A DNA stretch of 28,845 nucleotides from the NCBI GenBank assembly GCA_040905465.1, contig JBBDRK010000056.1, positions 21,948 through 50,792 of the forward strand, in the 5' to 3' direction. The notes under the pieces were generated by a model that saw nothing but the letters and a program-made list of their open reading frames with translations, did not search any database and was not told where the DNA came from. The DNA is from Trueperaceae bacterium (GTDB lineage: Bacteria > Deinococcota > Deinococci > Deinococcales > Trueperaceae). How positions within the stretch are numbered: the stretch's first letter is position 1; each line of letters begins with the position of its first letter. Below, one piece after another: positions 1-8,469 of this stretch. The position numbers and the translations under genes are program-made.

Positions 1-129
1 GCGGCGTCCGAGGCGGCGTCCGGGGCCGGGTCCGAAGCCGCGTCCGGGACGGCGGATCAGTCGGCAACACAGGCGGCGGAACCGTCATCCGACCTTACGA
101 CAGCTCTCACGGCGGCTCTCACGGCGGCG
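1..129 (+). repeat. Two in-frame 12-bp imperfect tandem repeat tracts inside ygfZ
   Basis: gcggcgtccgag/gcggcgtccggg/gccgggtccgaa/gccgcgtccggg (1-48) and acgacagctctc/acggcggctctc/acggcggcg (97-129). Confidence 0.75.
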
Positions 130-537
130 GGAGCGGTTGCCGGCGGGATGGCGGCATTGCGGCTGGGGCGCGTCTGCGCCGGATTGGCTTCCGCCGCCGG
201 CGAAGCGGGGGAGGGCGTGCTGCCGCAGGAGGCAGGGCTCGAGCCGCTGGTGTCGTACCGCAAAGGCTGTTACCTGGGTCAGGAGATAATGGCCCGCATC
301 GAGGCGCGCGGCAAGCTCCGGCGCGAGTTGGGTGCGCTGCGCCTCGAGCGTGAGCCCGAACCGGGGGAACGCGAGGTACGGCGCGACGGACGGTTGGTAG
401 GGCGGCTCGGAACCGTCGCCCGGCACCCCGAGTCGGGAGTGCTGGCTCTGGCGGTGCTGCGTTCCGACCTGGACCTCGACTCCCCGGTCGAGGCTGCCGG
501 CGTACCGGCGCGCCGGATTCGATTGCCGGTGGCTTAG
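1..537 (+). CDS. ygfZ: YgfZ/GcvT-family folate-binding Fe-S repair protein, 5'-truncated by window edge
   Basis: Frame is open from base 1 and contains the YgfZ signature KGCYLGQEIMAR preceded by LPQEAGL. GcvT-like C-terminal barrel (VGRLGTV...LALAVLR). Confidence 0.85.
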   Translation, partial: AASEAASGAGSEAASGTADQSATQAAEPSSDLTTALTAALTAAGAVAGGMAALRLGRVCAGLASAAGEAGEGVLPQEAGLEPLVSYRKGCYLGQEIMARIEARGKLRRELGALRLEREPEPGEREVRRDGRLVGRLGTVARHPESGVLALAVLRSDLDLDSPVEAAGVPARRIRLPVA

Positions 538-602
538 GCGAAGGAGTTATCCGCTCCGCCGATTGAGGGTGGGTACACACCGGAAGTAGCGACTCAGGCG
601 GC

Positions 603-608
603 TATAAT
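603..608 (+). promoter_or_regulatory. -10 box of a leaderless promoter
   Basis: TATAAT 6 nt upstream of ATG 615, no Shine-Dalgarno in between. Confidence 0.75.
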
Positions 609-614
609 GCCGGT

Positions 615-2261
615 ATGAAGGAAAAGCGGCGCTGGCTGGAAGAGGAGTATGCCGAGGCGACCGAGCGATCCGCGGAGCGGGACTACCCGTTCCGAACGCT
701 CTCGGACATCGAAGCGGACCCGGTCTATACCCACGAGGACCTCGCAGACTTCGACCCCGATTCCGAATTGGGCTATCCGGGAAGCTATCCCTACACCAGG
801 GGCGTTCAGGCGTCGATGTACCGCGGCAAGCTGTGGACCATGCGAATGTTCGCGGGCATGGGCGCCGCCGAGCAGACCAACCGCCGATTCCGACGACTGC
901 TGGACGCCGGTCAGACCGGCCTCTCGACCGCGTTCGACCTGCCTACGCTCATGGGCTACGACAGCGACCACCCGTTCTCGAAAGGCGAGGTGGGTCGTTG
1001 CGGCGTCGCGGTGTCCCACCTGGCCGACATGGAAGCGCTGTTCGAGGGCATCGACCCCTCCGTAGTCACCACTTCGATGACCATCAACTCGCCGGCCAAC
1101 GCCATCTGGGCGATGTACCTGGCGATGGCCGAAAACAAGGGCGTGCCACTGGTGAAGCTCGGCGGTACGATCCAGAACGACATTCTCAAGGAGTTCATCG
1201 CCCAGAAGGAGTACATCTACCCGCCGGCGCCGTCGGTGAAGCTGGTGGTCGACACCTTCGAGTGGGGCCCGGCCAACGTGCCCAAGTGGAACTTCGTCTC
1301 GGTCTCGGGGTACCACATCCGCGAGGCCGGGTCGACAGCCGTGCAGGAGCTGGCGTTCACGCTGGCCGACGGCATCCACTATGTTCGCAAGGCAGTGGAG
1401 CGCGGTCTCGACGTCGACGAGTTCGCTCCCCGCATCTCGTTCTTCTTCAACCTCCACAACGACTTCTTCGAGGAGATCGCCAAGCTGCGGGCCGCACGCC
1501 GCATCTGGGCGAGGCAGATGCGCGAGGTATACGGTGCCCGCAACCCACGGTCGTGGATGCTCCGAACTCATGCTCAAACCGCCGGCGTCTCGCTCACGGC
1601 CCAACAGCCGTTGGTGAACGTCGCGCGCGTCGCCATTCAGGCGCTTGCGGGGGTGCTGGGCGGAACGAACAGCCTCCATACCGACGCCTTCGACGAGGCG
1701 CTGGCATTGCCGAGCGAGGAGGCGGCCACACTGGCGCTCAGGACGCAGCAGGTGATCGCCTACGAGACCGGGGTCGCCAGTACCGTCGACCCGCTGGCAG
1801 GTTCGTACTACCTGGAAAGCCTCACCAACGAGATGGAGCGTCAGACATTGGCCTACTTCGAGCAGATCGACGATCTGGGCGGGGTGGAGAAGGCGATCGA
1901 GGCCGGATTCTACGCGCGGGAGATAGGCGACGCGGCCTACGATCAGCAGCGCCAGGCAGACAGCGGCGAGCGCATCACGGTGGGAGTGAACCGTTTCGCG
2001 GGTGCCTACCCGGAGGTGCCTATCGAGCCGATCGATCCGGAGGTCGAGCGCCTGCAGGCGGCCCGCCTCGCCCGAGTGCGCAGCGAACGCGACCCGGTTC
2101 GGGTGGAGAACGCTCTGGAGAGGCTGCGGGTGGCGGCGGTCGAGGGCGCGAATACCATGCCGGCATTTCTCGAGGCGGCGCACGCTTATTGCACGCTGGG
2201 CGAGCAGATGGACGTTCTGCGCCAGGTGTACGGCGTCTACGAGGAACCGGTGCTGATCTGA
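615..2261 (+). CDS. icmA: B12-dependent acyl-CoA mutase large (substrate-binding) subunit, isobutyryl-CoA mutase-like
   Basis: Mutase motifs [43 protein letters not shown]; no B12 domain. Specificity positions read RMFAG (Phe) and EFIAQKE (Gln). Family call is firm; the icmA symbol is inferred. Confidence 0.8.
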   Translation: MKEKRRWLEEEYAEATERSAERDYPFRTLSDIEADPVYTHEDLADFDPDSELGYPGSYPYTRGVQASMYRGKLWTMRMFAGMGAAEQTNRRFRRLLDAGQTGLSTAFDLPTLMGYDSDHPFSKGEVGRCGVAVSHLADMEALFEGIDPSVVTTSMTINSPANAIWAMYLAMAENKGVPLVKLGGTIQNDILKEFIAQKEYIYPPAPSVKLVVDTFEWGPANVPKWNFVSVSGYHIREAGSTAVQELAFTLADGIHYVRKAVERGLDVDEFAPRISFFFNLHNDFFEEIAKLRAARRIWARQMREVYGARNPRSWMLRTHAQTAGVSLTAQQPLVNVARVAIQALAGVLGGTNSLHTDAFDEALALPSEEAATLALRTQQVIAYETGVASTVDPLAGSYYLESLTNEMERQTLAYFEQIDDLGGVEKAIEAGFYAREIGDAAYDQQRQADSGERITVGVNRFAGAYPEVPIEPIDPEVERLQAARLARVRSERDPVRVENALERLRVAAVEGANTMPAFLEAAHAYCTLGEQMDVLRQVYGVYEEPVLI

Positions 2262-2352
2262 GGCCCGAGGGTCCTTTCGGCGGTCCGCGCTCTCGTCGTG
2301 TGCCGCAGCGGCCGCGGGAGCGACTCCCGGCGGCCCGGAACGAGGAGGAAGC

Positions 2353-2772
2353 ATGACCGAGCGCGCGATCCGCGTTCTGATAGCAAAACCTGGTCTCGAC
2401 GGCCACGACCGCGGCGCCAAGGTCATCGCCCGGGCGTTGCGCGATGCTGGGATGGAGGTCGTCTACACCGGCCTGCGGCAGACCAGCGAGATGATAGTGA
2501 GCGCTGCGGTGCAGGAGGACGTGGACGCCATCGGCCTGTCGGTACTGTCGGGGGCCCACATGCACTACTTCCGGGAGATAGTCCAGGGACTGACCGAGCA
2601 GGGCGCGCAGGACATCCTGGTGTTCGGCGGTGGGATCGTCCCGGATCAGGATCTCCCGGAGTTGCGCGAGCTCGGCGTCGGTCGTATCTTCACGCCGGGC
2701 GCCAGCACCGGCGAGGTGGTCGAGTACCTGCGCGAGCAGCTCTCCCGACCGGAGCGGGTGAGAACCGCTTGA
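2353..2772 (+). CDS. icmB: Acyl-CoA mutase small cobalamin-binding subunit
   Basis: GLDGHDRG (DxHxxG), GLSVLSG and FGGG motifs; SD gaggagg upstream; follows the large subunit. May serve more than one mutase. Confidence 0.8.
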   Translation: MTERAIRVLIAKPGLDGHDRGAKVIARALRDAGMEVVYTGLRQTSEMIVSAAVQEDVDAIGLSVLSGAHMHYFREIVQGLTEQGAQDILVFGGGIVPDQDLPELRELGVGRIFTPGASTGEVVEYLREQLSRPERVRTA

Positions 2773-2784
2773 GATAAGGATGAA

Positions 2785-2806
2785 ACCCGGCTGAGACAGG
2801 CCGGGT
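2785..2806 (+). terminator. Stem-loop after mutase operon, possible terminator
   Basis: acccggc-N8-gccgggt perfect 7-bp stem, no U-tract. Confidence 0.4.
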
Positions 2807-2890
2807 CCTCCGGCTGGTCAAAATCGAATTAGTGGCTGTGGGTCGCACTCCCTTACGCGTAACTTTTCACCCACCGGCCCTGGCGCGTCA

Positions 2891-2899
2891 TGTTACATT
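2891..2899 (+). promoter_or_regulatory. Extended -10 promoter for the M23 gene
   Basis: TGt-TACATT, about 88 nt upstream of ATG 2987. Confidence 0.5.
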
Positions 2900-2986
2900 C
2901 GTCCAGGCCGTAACCGGCTGTGCGTTGCGGGAACGCACGGGGTCGTAACGGTCCCATGGGGGAGATACCTGTGGAAGGGTGACGGA

Positions 2987-3976
2987 ATGAAGCGTCTTCA
3001 TCTTTACTTTTTCAGTTTGCTTCTTGCTGCACCTGTCGCATTTGCCGATGGATACGCATTGAGAACCGTTCGAGAGGGCGATAGCATCGGGGCTATCGCG
3101 AACCGCTACAACCTGCCGGTGACTGCGCTGATGCAGTTCAACGAGCTGGAGTCGGCCACCATCTACCCCGGCCAGGTCCTCAGGGTGCCGTACGTCGCCG
3201 CCGTCGGCGGTGTTGCCGAACTCGCGCCCGAGCCGCCTCCGGGTTTCCGCCAACACGTGCTGCAGGCCGGTGAGACCCTGACCGACGTCATGCGCCGCTA
3301 CGACGTGACCATCGAGTCGATCGTGGGCGCCAATCCCGATCTGTCCTCACTCGATCGACTGCCGGCCGGCCTGGAACTGCTCATCGCACCCCGGAACGGG
3401 CTCGTGGTCACTCTCGAGCGCGAGGAGGAGCTCGGAGCCCTGCTGCTCGACTACGGCGCAAACCCGGTCGAAGTCGCGCGTGCCAACCGGCTCACATCCC
3501 CGGCCGACATCCAGCCGGGGATGTTGCTTTTTCTCCCCGGCGTGGAGCCGGCCGCCGCGCTCGAGCGGCTGAGCCAGGTGCGCGAACTGGAGAACCGCTA
3601 TCTGTGGCCGCTTCAGGGCCGCATAACGTCGTACTTCGGTCGGCGCAATCTGGGCATGGGCACGTCCAGCTTCCACCGGGGAGTAGACGTCGCTGCGCCG
3701 TACGGATCGACGATCACCGCGGCCAGGACCGGCACGGTTTCGTATGCCGGCTGGTCGACACAGGGTTACGGCTATCTCGTCAAGATTCGCCACGGTGGCG
3801 GCGCCGAAACCTGGTACGGGCACGGCAGCAATATCCTGGTACGGGTGGGGCAGTACGTGCGTCAGGGTCAGCCGATCGCCCTGGTAGGCTCGACCGGCAT
3901 CTCGACCGGCCCGCACCTTCACTTCGAACTGCACGAAAGCGGCAGGGCGCTGGACCCGCTCGGCCACCTGCGCTGA
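2987..3976 (+). CDS. LysM-repeat M23 peptidoglycan endopeptidase
   Basis: N-terminal signal peptide; LysM repeats (VREGDSIGAIA...YPGQVLRVP; LQAGETL...; IQPGMLLFLP); M23 zinc motifs HRGVD and HLHFE. Confidence 0.92.
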   Translation: MKRLHLYFFSLLLAAPVAFADGYALRTVREGDSIGAIANRYNLPVTALMQFNELESATIYPGQVLRVPYVAAVGGVAELAPEPPPGFRQHVLQAGETLTDVMRRYDVTIESIVGANPDLSSLDRLPAGLELLIAPRNGLVVTLEREEELGALLLDYGANPVEVARANRLTSPADIQPGMLLFLPGVEPAAALERLSQVRELENRYLWPLQGRITSYFGRRNLGMGTSSFHRGVDVAAPYGSTITAARTGTVSYAGWSTQGYGYLVKIRHGGGAETWYGHGSNILVRVGQYVRQGQPIALVGSTGISTGPHLHFELHESGRALDPLGHLR

Positions 3977-4170
3977 GCGCCGGCGTCTCGCGCCCTCGGC
4001 GCGGCCGCAACCGGCAACGCCGAGCGTGCCGGGCGGCGTTGCTTGCCGGCTTTGCATCGGAGTCAACTGAAATCATTGTCTGAAGCCGGTCGGTGCCTGG
4101 CGCCGTTGGCTGAAATCGGTGTCCGCCGCCGCCGCGACGCTCCAACGGCGCCGCGCCTACTTTTCGCTAA

Positions 4171-4869
4171 TCAGTCTTTCGCCCAGAGGATACGGCCGCA
4201 CGAGGGGCAGCGAGTCACTCCGGCGCCTTTCCGGGCCTTCTGAACCACATGAATGGGCAGCTTGACGTTGCAACCGCCGCACTGCTGATTGCTCACCAGC
4301 GGAACGAGGCCCAGCCCGCGTCGCGCCTTGCGCACCTGCTCGTATTGCCGAAGCAGTTGCCGGTCGATGTCCTTGGCAAGGGCGTCCCGCTCGCCCGACA
4401 TGTCGTCGATTCGGCTCTCGAGAGCCTCGATCCGGGCGTTTTCGGTAGCGGTCAGTTCCGCCAGCACCGGCTCCAGCTCGTCGACTTCGCCCTGCAGCGT
4501 GGCGATGTCTTCATCCAGGGTCTCGAGCTCACCCATCAGCGGCATCGTGTCTTCTTCCAACTCCTGTACCCGGGTAGCGAACTGTAGCTCCTGGTTCTGG
4601 TACTGCGACGCCTCCTTGGCGCTGTCCGCCCGCAGGCCCGCGGTGGCGGCTGCTTTGCGCCGCTCGTCCAGCGTATTGAGCTCCAGCTCGTTCTGAGACA
4701 AGCGCTTGCGCAGGTCTTCACGCTCCCTGTTTCGTTTGGTGAGCCGCTCCTGCAGTTCGTCGCGGCGCTTGCGCGTTTCGATCAGCTCCGGGGGAGTGCG
4801 ACCCTTCTCCTCCTGCAGGTTGTCCAGCTCCAAGTCACAGTTCTGAACGTCGCTGAGCCTATCTAGCAT
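4171..4869 (-). CDS. Coiled-coil protein with C-terminal C4-type zinc ribbon (CT398/COG1579-like)
   Basis: Long heptad-rich helix followed by CGGC...CPSCGRIL. ATG 4869 chosen because GGAGG lies just upstream. Confidence 0.9.
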   Translation of the reverse strand: MLDRLSDVQNCDLELDNLQEEKGRTPPELIETRKRRDELQERLTKRNREREDLRKRLSQNELELNTLDERRKAAATAGLRADSAKEASQYQNQELQFATRVQELEEDTMPLMGELETLDEDIATLQGEVDELEPVLAELTATENARIEALESRIDDMSGERDALAKDIDRQLLRQYEQVRKARRGLGLVPLVSNQQCGGCNVKLPIHVVQKARKGAGVTRCPSCGRILWAKD

Positions 4870-4893
4870 CGGACCTCCCAACGTGATGGCGAC

Positions 4894-4929
4894 AAAAGTA
4901 AACTCCGTTCGGTTGTTGCCAAACGGAGT
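4894..4929 (-). terminator. Terminator-like hairpin inside the 5' leader of the zinc-ribbon gene
   Basis: Minus strand actccgtttgg-caacaa-ccgaacggagt followed by ttactttt. Confidence 0.55.
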
Positions 4930-4971
4930 GCCGTCACACGTGAACTTATGGGCGATTGCCTCACGCCCACG

Positions 4972-4980
4972 AGTGTATCA
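4972..4980 (-). promoter_or_regulatory. Extended -10 promoter for the zinc-ribbon gene leader
   Basis: Minus strand TGa-TACACT. Confidence 0.6.
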
Positions 4981-5067
4981 CGACCTTTTGGAGCCCGGGT
5001 AGCCGGCGCCGGCACGGTGCTCACGCCGGTGACGAGGGGAGTGTGAGCGCCGAGTTAGAATCGAATC

Positions 5068-5535
5068 GTGTTCGAGGAATCGGCGGATGGCTTTATCAGC
5101 AGGTGGCGAGAGCACGCCGCCTCGGTACGGATTTTTTCGCGTACCGAGGGACTTCCGCTGCTCGAGGCCGAGGCCGGAGGCGCCATCTTGCAGATGCTGG
5201 AGCGGACCGGGCCGTACCTCGCTCCTCCCGGCGATGCCCGGGTGATCATCAATCCGACCGCCCAGCGGGTGGAGCTGCACGACGGCCGCCAGACGGTGCT
5301 GGAGGTCGGCGGTATCGGCCAGGCGCGCGTGTGCGGTCGGATCTTGCGGCGAGACGACCCGTTCCTGGTGATCGACGCTGGCGCGCCGTTGATCGTCGGG
5401 GTGGTCGAGCCGATACCCGAGGAAGCCGTCGCCGATGCCTGGGTGGCGTTCGACTCGGTGCCGCCGATACACGGCTTCGTCCTGCGCGAGGTCCGTGCGC
5501 CGCCGGTGCGTGGCGGCAACGGCGAGGCGCTCTAG
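5068..5535 (+). CDS. Hypothetical protein (155 aa)
   Basis: Normal codon bias and protein-like composition; TAGAAT (5056-5061) 6 nt before GTG; no family recognised. Confidence 0.8.
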   Translation: MFEESADGFISRWREHAASVRIFSRTEGLPLLEAEAGGAILQMLERTGPYLAPPGDARVIINPTAQRVELHDGRQTVLEVGGIGQARVCGRILRRDDPFLVIDAGAPLIVGVVEPIPEEAVADAWVAFDSVPPIHGFVLREVRAPPVRGGNGEAL

Positions 5536-5600
5536 ACTCTTCGGGCCATGTGGCCCGGCGTCGGCCCGGCGGCCCCGGCGTCTGCTAGCATGGCCCGTTC

Positions 5601-6992
5601 ATGAGCCCGTTGCCGAAGCCAGCCCCACCAGTAGCCAAGATCACCGCGGTTTCCGCGCGCTCGCCGGCGGAACGCGCCGGCGTGGCTGGCGGTTGGGAAC
5701 TGCTCGCGGTCAACGGGCGTGAGATCCCCGATATCCTGGCCTATCGCCGCGAACTGGAACGCGGCGAAGTGGAGGTGCTGGTGCGCACGCCTCATGGCGA
5801 GCGGTTGACCTTCCGGGCCAACTGGGAGGACCCGGGCCTGGAGTTCGACGAAGTCATCTTCGACGGCATCCGCCTGTGCGCCAACAAGTGCGAGTTCTGC
5901 TATGTGCATCAGATGCCGAAGGGCATGCGCCGCAGCCTCTACATGATGGACGACGACTTCCGCACCAGTTTCCTGTACGGATCGTTCGTCACCCTGACGA
6001 ACCTGAGCGAAAACGACGTAGAGCGCATCCTGGACGAGGAGTTGAGCCCGCTTTACGTCTCGGTACACGCGGCCGACGAGCAGTTGCGCCGCGAGATGAT
6101 GAAGTGGTGGCGTCTGAAGGTCAGTGACGAGCGCAGCACCAGCATTCGGGGCATGATCGAGCGGCTGCGGTCGATCGACCTCTACACCCAGCTGGTGGTG
6201 CTTCCCGGCCGCAACGACGGCGAACACCTTACCCGCACGCTCGAGTACCTGGCGGCGCAGCCTAACGTGCAGGCCGCCGCGGTCGTGCCGGTAGGCCTTA
6301 CCGAACACCGGCGGAACCTGCCCGAGGTACGCGGCTTCACCTCCGCCGAGGCAAGCGACGTGATCAGGCGGGTGCGAGCGGTTCAGAAGCGACTGCTGGC
6401 CGAGCGGGGAACCCGGTTCGTGTTCCTCAGCGACGAGTTCTACCTGGCCGCCGGCGAACCGCTTCCCGCCGCCGAGGAGTACGAAGGCTACGCGATGCTG
6501 GAGAACGGGGTCGGGATGGTCAGGGACTTCCTGTCCGAGCAGTTGCCGGAGCTGCCGGTGGCCCTCGATCGGCCGCGCCGTGTTCTACTGGCGACCGGAC
6601 GCCTGTTCGCTCCGGTGCTCGAGTCGGCCGTGGAGCCTTTGCGAGCGGTCGGCGGGCTCGAACTCGAGGTGCGCAGCCTGCGCAACCGGACCTTCGGCGC
6701 GATGACCTCCGTCGCCGGTCTCCTGGCCGGACGCGACTTCCTTTCGCAGATAAAACCGGGCGAAGCCGACCTGCTGCTGGTATCCCCCAACGTGCTGAAG
6801 TACGGCACCGAGCTCCTGCTCGACGACCGGACGATGGACGATCTGCGGCGTGAGCTGCGGATGCCGGTCGAGGTAGGCGGCAGCAACCTGGCTGAGTTGG
6901 CAAGAGCCGTGCTTTCCGGGGCGGGAGCGCTGAGCGCACCGCAGTTCGGATTCTCGACGCACGCGCTGAAGGAAGCCGCCCGACAGCACTGA
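5601..6992 (+). CDS. PDZ + radical SAM DUF512 family Fe-S protein
   Basis: N-terminal PDZ-like SPAERAGV; CANKCEFC (CxxxCxxC); DDDFRTSFLYGSFVTLTN; LENGVG. Confidence 0.9.
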   Translation: MSPLPKPAPPVAKITAVSARSPAERAGVAGGWELLAVNGREIPDILAYRRELERGEVEVLVRTPHGERLTFRANWEDPGLEFDEVIFDGIRLCANKCEFCYVHQMPKGMRRSLYMMDDDFRTSFLYGSFVTLTNLSENDVERILDEELSPLYVSVHAADEQLRREMMKWWRLKVSDERSTSIRGMIERLRSIDLYTQLVVLPGRNDGEHLTRTLEYLAAQPNVQAAAVVPVGLTEHRRNLPEVRGFTSAEASDVIRRVRAVQKRLLAERGTRFVFLSDEFYLAAGEPLPAAEEYEGYAMLENGVGMVRDFLSEQLPELPVALDRPRRVLLATGRLFAPVLESAVEPLRAVGGLELEVRSLRNRTFGAMTSVAGLLAGRDFLSQIKPGEADLLLVSPNVLKYGTELLLDDRTMDDLRRELRMPVEVGGSNLAELARAVLSGAGALSAPQFGFSTHALKEAARQH

Positions 6993-7012
6993 CCAACGGC
7001 TACACTGCGGGC

Positions 7013-8410
7013 ATGATTCGAATCGACCTGAGTAATGTCAGCGCCGAACGCCTGGGCGTGACGCACGGCCTCGAGCTGGAGCGGGAGTTCCGCGCCTGGG
7101 CGCCGCGGCTCGAGCAGGCAGTGGCGGGCCTGTGGGAGCGACGGTCCCGTCCGGAAGAGATGCTGGGCTGGCTCGACTCGCCCTACGACCGCCATGGCCC
7201 GGAGGCGATCAGCGAGTATGCGCGGGCGCTGCTCAACGGCGGGGCAGACTCTCCGACCGACCTGGTGGTGCTGGGCATAGGTGGCTCGAGCCTGGGCGCG
7301 ATGACGGTGGTCAGCGCCCTCCAGCACCCGTATCGGGGGATCCAGGAGAGTGGTTCCGGTCTGCGCGTCCACTTCGTTGACAACGTCGATCCGGACGCAA
7401 TCGCCGGGTTGATGGAGGTACTCGACCCGCGGCGGACCCTGGTCAACGTCATCAGCAAGTCGGGCACCACCGCCGAAACCATGGCCGCATACCTGGCGTT
7501 CAGGCAGTGGCTCGAGCAGGCGGTCGCCGAGTCCTCCGCAGACTGGATCGTTGCTACCACCGATCCCCAGAGCGGGATCCTGCGGCCGTTGGCCGACCGC
7601 CGAGGATACCGAACGTTCACCGTGCCGCCGTCGGTGGGCGGCCGTTTCAGCGTGCTTTCAGCGGTCGGCCTGTTGCCGGTTGCCCTGGCCGGGCTCGACA
7701 TACACGCCCTGCTCGAGGGCGCCGCGCGGGCCAACGAAACCGCCCGGCTGCCTCTGGCCGAGAATCCGATTCTCCAGGCGACCCTCGCGCAGTTCCTGGC
7801 GTACCGTCGGGGAAAACCGATAAGCGTGCTGATGCCCTACAGCAGCCGACTGCGCAATCTCGGCGGCTGGTTCGTGCAGTTGTGGGCCGAGTCCCTGGGC
7901 AAGGCCGAAAGCCGGAGCGGAAGCAGGGTCCACGAGGGCAGCACTCCTCTGGCGGCGTTGGGCGCCACCGATCAGCATTCGCAGGTGCAGCTCTTCAACG
8001 AGGGGCCGAACAACAAGCTCGTGGCCTTCGTACGCCTGGAGCGGTTCGACGTCGAAACCGCCATACCCGACGCCGAGCCCGGTCTGGACGAGCTCGACTA
8101 TCTTGCCGGCCAGAGCTTCAACCGGCTCATCAACGCCGAGCAGGCCGCCACCGCGTTCGCGCTGGCGCAGAACGACCGGCCAAACTACACGCTGGCCCTC
8201 CCGGAGCTGAACGCGGCCAGTCTGGGTGAGCTGTTGCAGTTCCTGATGTGGCAGACCGCGGTCATGGGCGAGCTCACCGACATCGACACCTACGATCAGC
8301 CGGGCGTGGAGCTCGGCAAGACCTACACCTATGCGCTCATGGGACGTGACGGCTTCGACGAGGCGCGCGCCCTGTTGCGCCGGAACGGCGTGGAGCCGGA
8401 AGAACGCTGA
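7013..8410 (+). CDS. pgi: Glucose-6-phosphate isomerase
   Basis: GIGGSSLG, SKSGTTAET, VGGRFSVLS, QLWAESLGK, DQHS, DQPGVELGK; TACACT 6 nt upstream of ATG. Confidence 0.97.
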   Translation: MIRIDLSNVSAERLGVTHGLELEREFRAWAPRLEQAVAGLWERRSRPEEMLGWLDSPYDRHGPEAISEYARALLNGGADSPTDLVVLGIGGSSLGAMTVVSALQHPYRGIQESGSGLRVHFVDNVDPDAIAGLMEVLDPRRTLVNVISKSGTTAETMAAYLAFRQWLEQAVAESSADWIVATTDPQSGILRPLADRRGYRTFTVPPSVGGRFSVLSAVGLLPVALAGLDIHALLEGAARANETARLPLAENPILQATLAQFLAYRRGKPISVLMPYSSRLRNLGGWFVQLWAESLGKAESRSGSRVHEGSTPLAALGATDQHSQVQLFNEGPNNKLVAFVRLERFDVETAIPDAEPGLDELDYLAGQSFNRLINAEQAATAFALAQNDRPNYTLALPELNAASLGELLQFLMWQTAVMGELTDIDTYDQPGVELGKTYTYALMGRDGFDEARALLRRNGVEPEER

Positions 8411-8469
8411 AAACTACTGGCGACGGTCGTGGGAGAGACGATACCGCCGCCGATGGTATCCTCCGGGCC

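Noticed and set aside
2262..2345. GC-rich hairpins between the mutase subunits, considered as a cobalamin riboswitch
   Set aside because: Too short and no B12-box; at most an mRNA-stabilising hairpin
594..2426. 610-aa antisense ORF and other long overlapping ORFs (833-2356, 9590-11077, 12636-14039, 21246-22604)
   Set aside because: Shadow frames of real genes in high-GC DNA; Arg/Pro/Ala-rich with no motifs
2775..2810. Hammerhead-like GAAAC-stem-GUC
   Set aside because: No CUGANGA core or stem II in the required position
4925..4970. Resemblance to a fluoride riboswitch (ggcg...cgccc...tgacggc)
   Set aside because: Core GAUG and pseudoknot are imperfect, the 5' strand lies upstream of the predicted TSS, and the downstream gene is not fluoride-related
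3977..5067. RNase P RNA, SRP RNA or 6S RNA near the zinc-ribbon gene
   Set aside because: No GAGGAAAGUCC or SRP domain IV signature, and no convincing 6S-length rod
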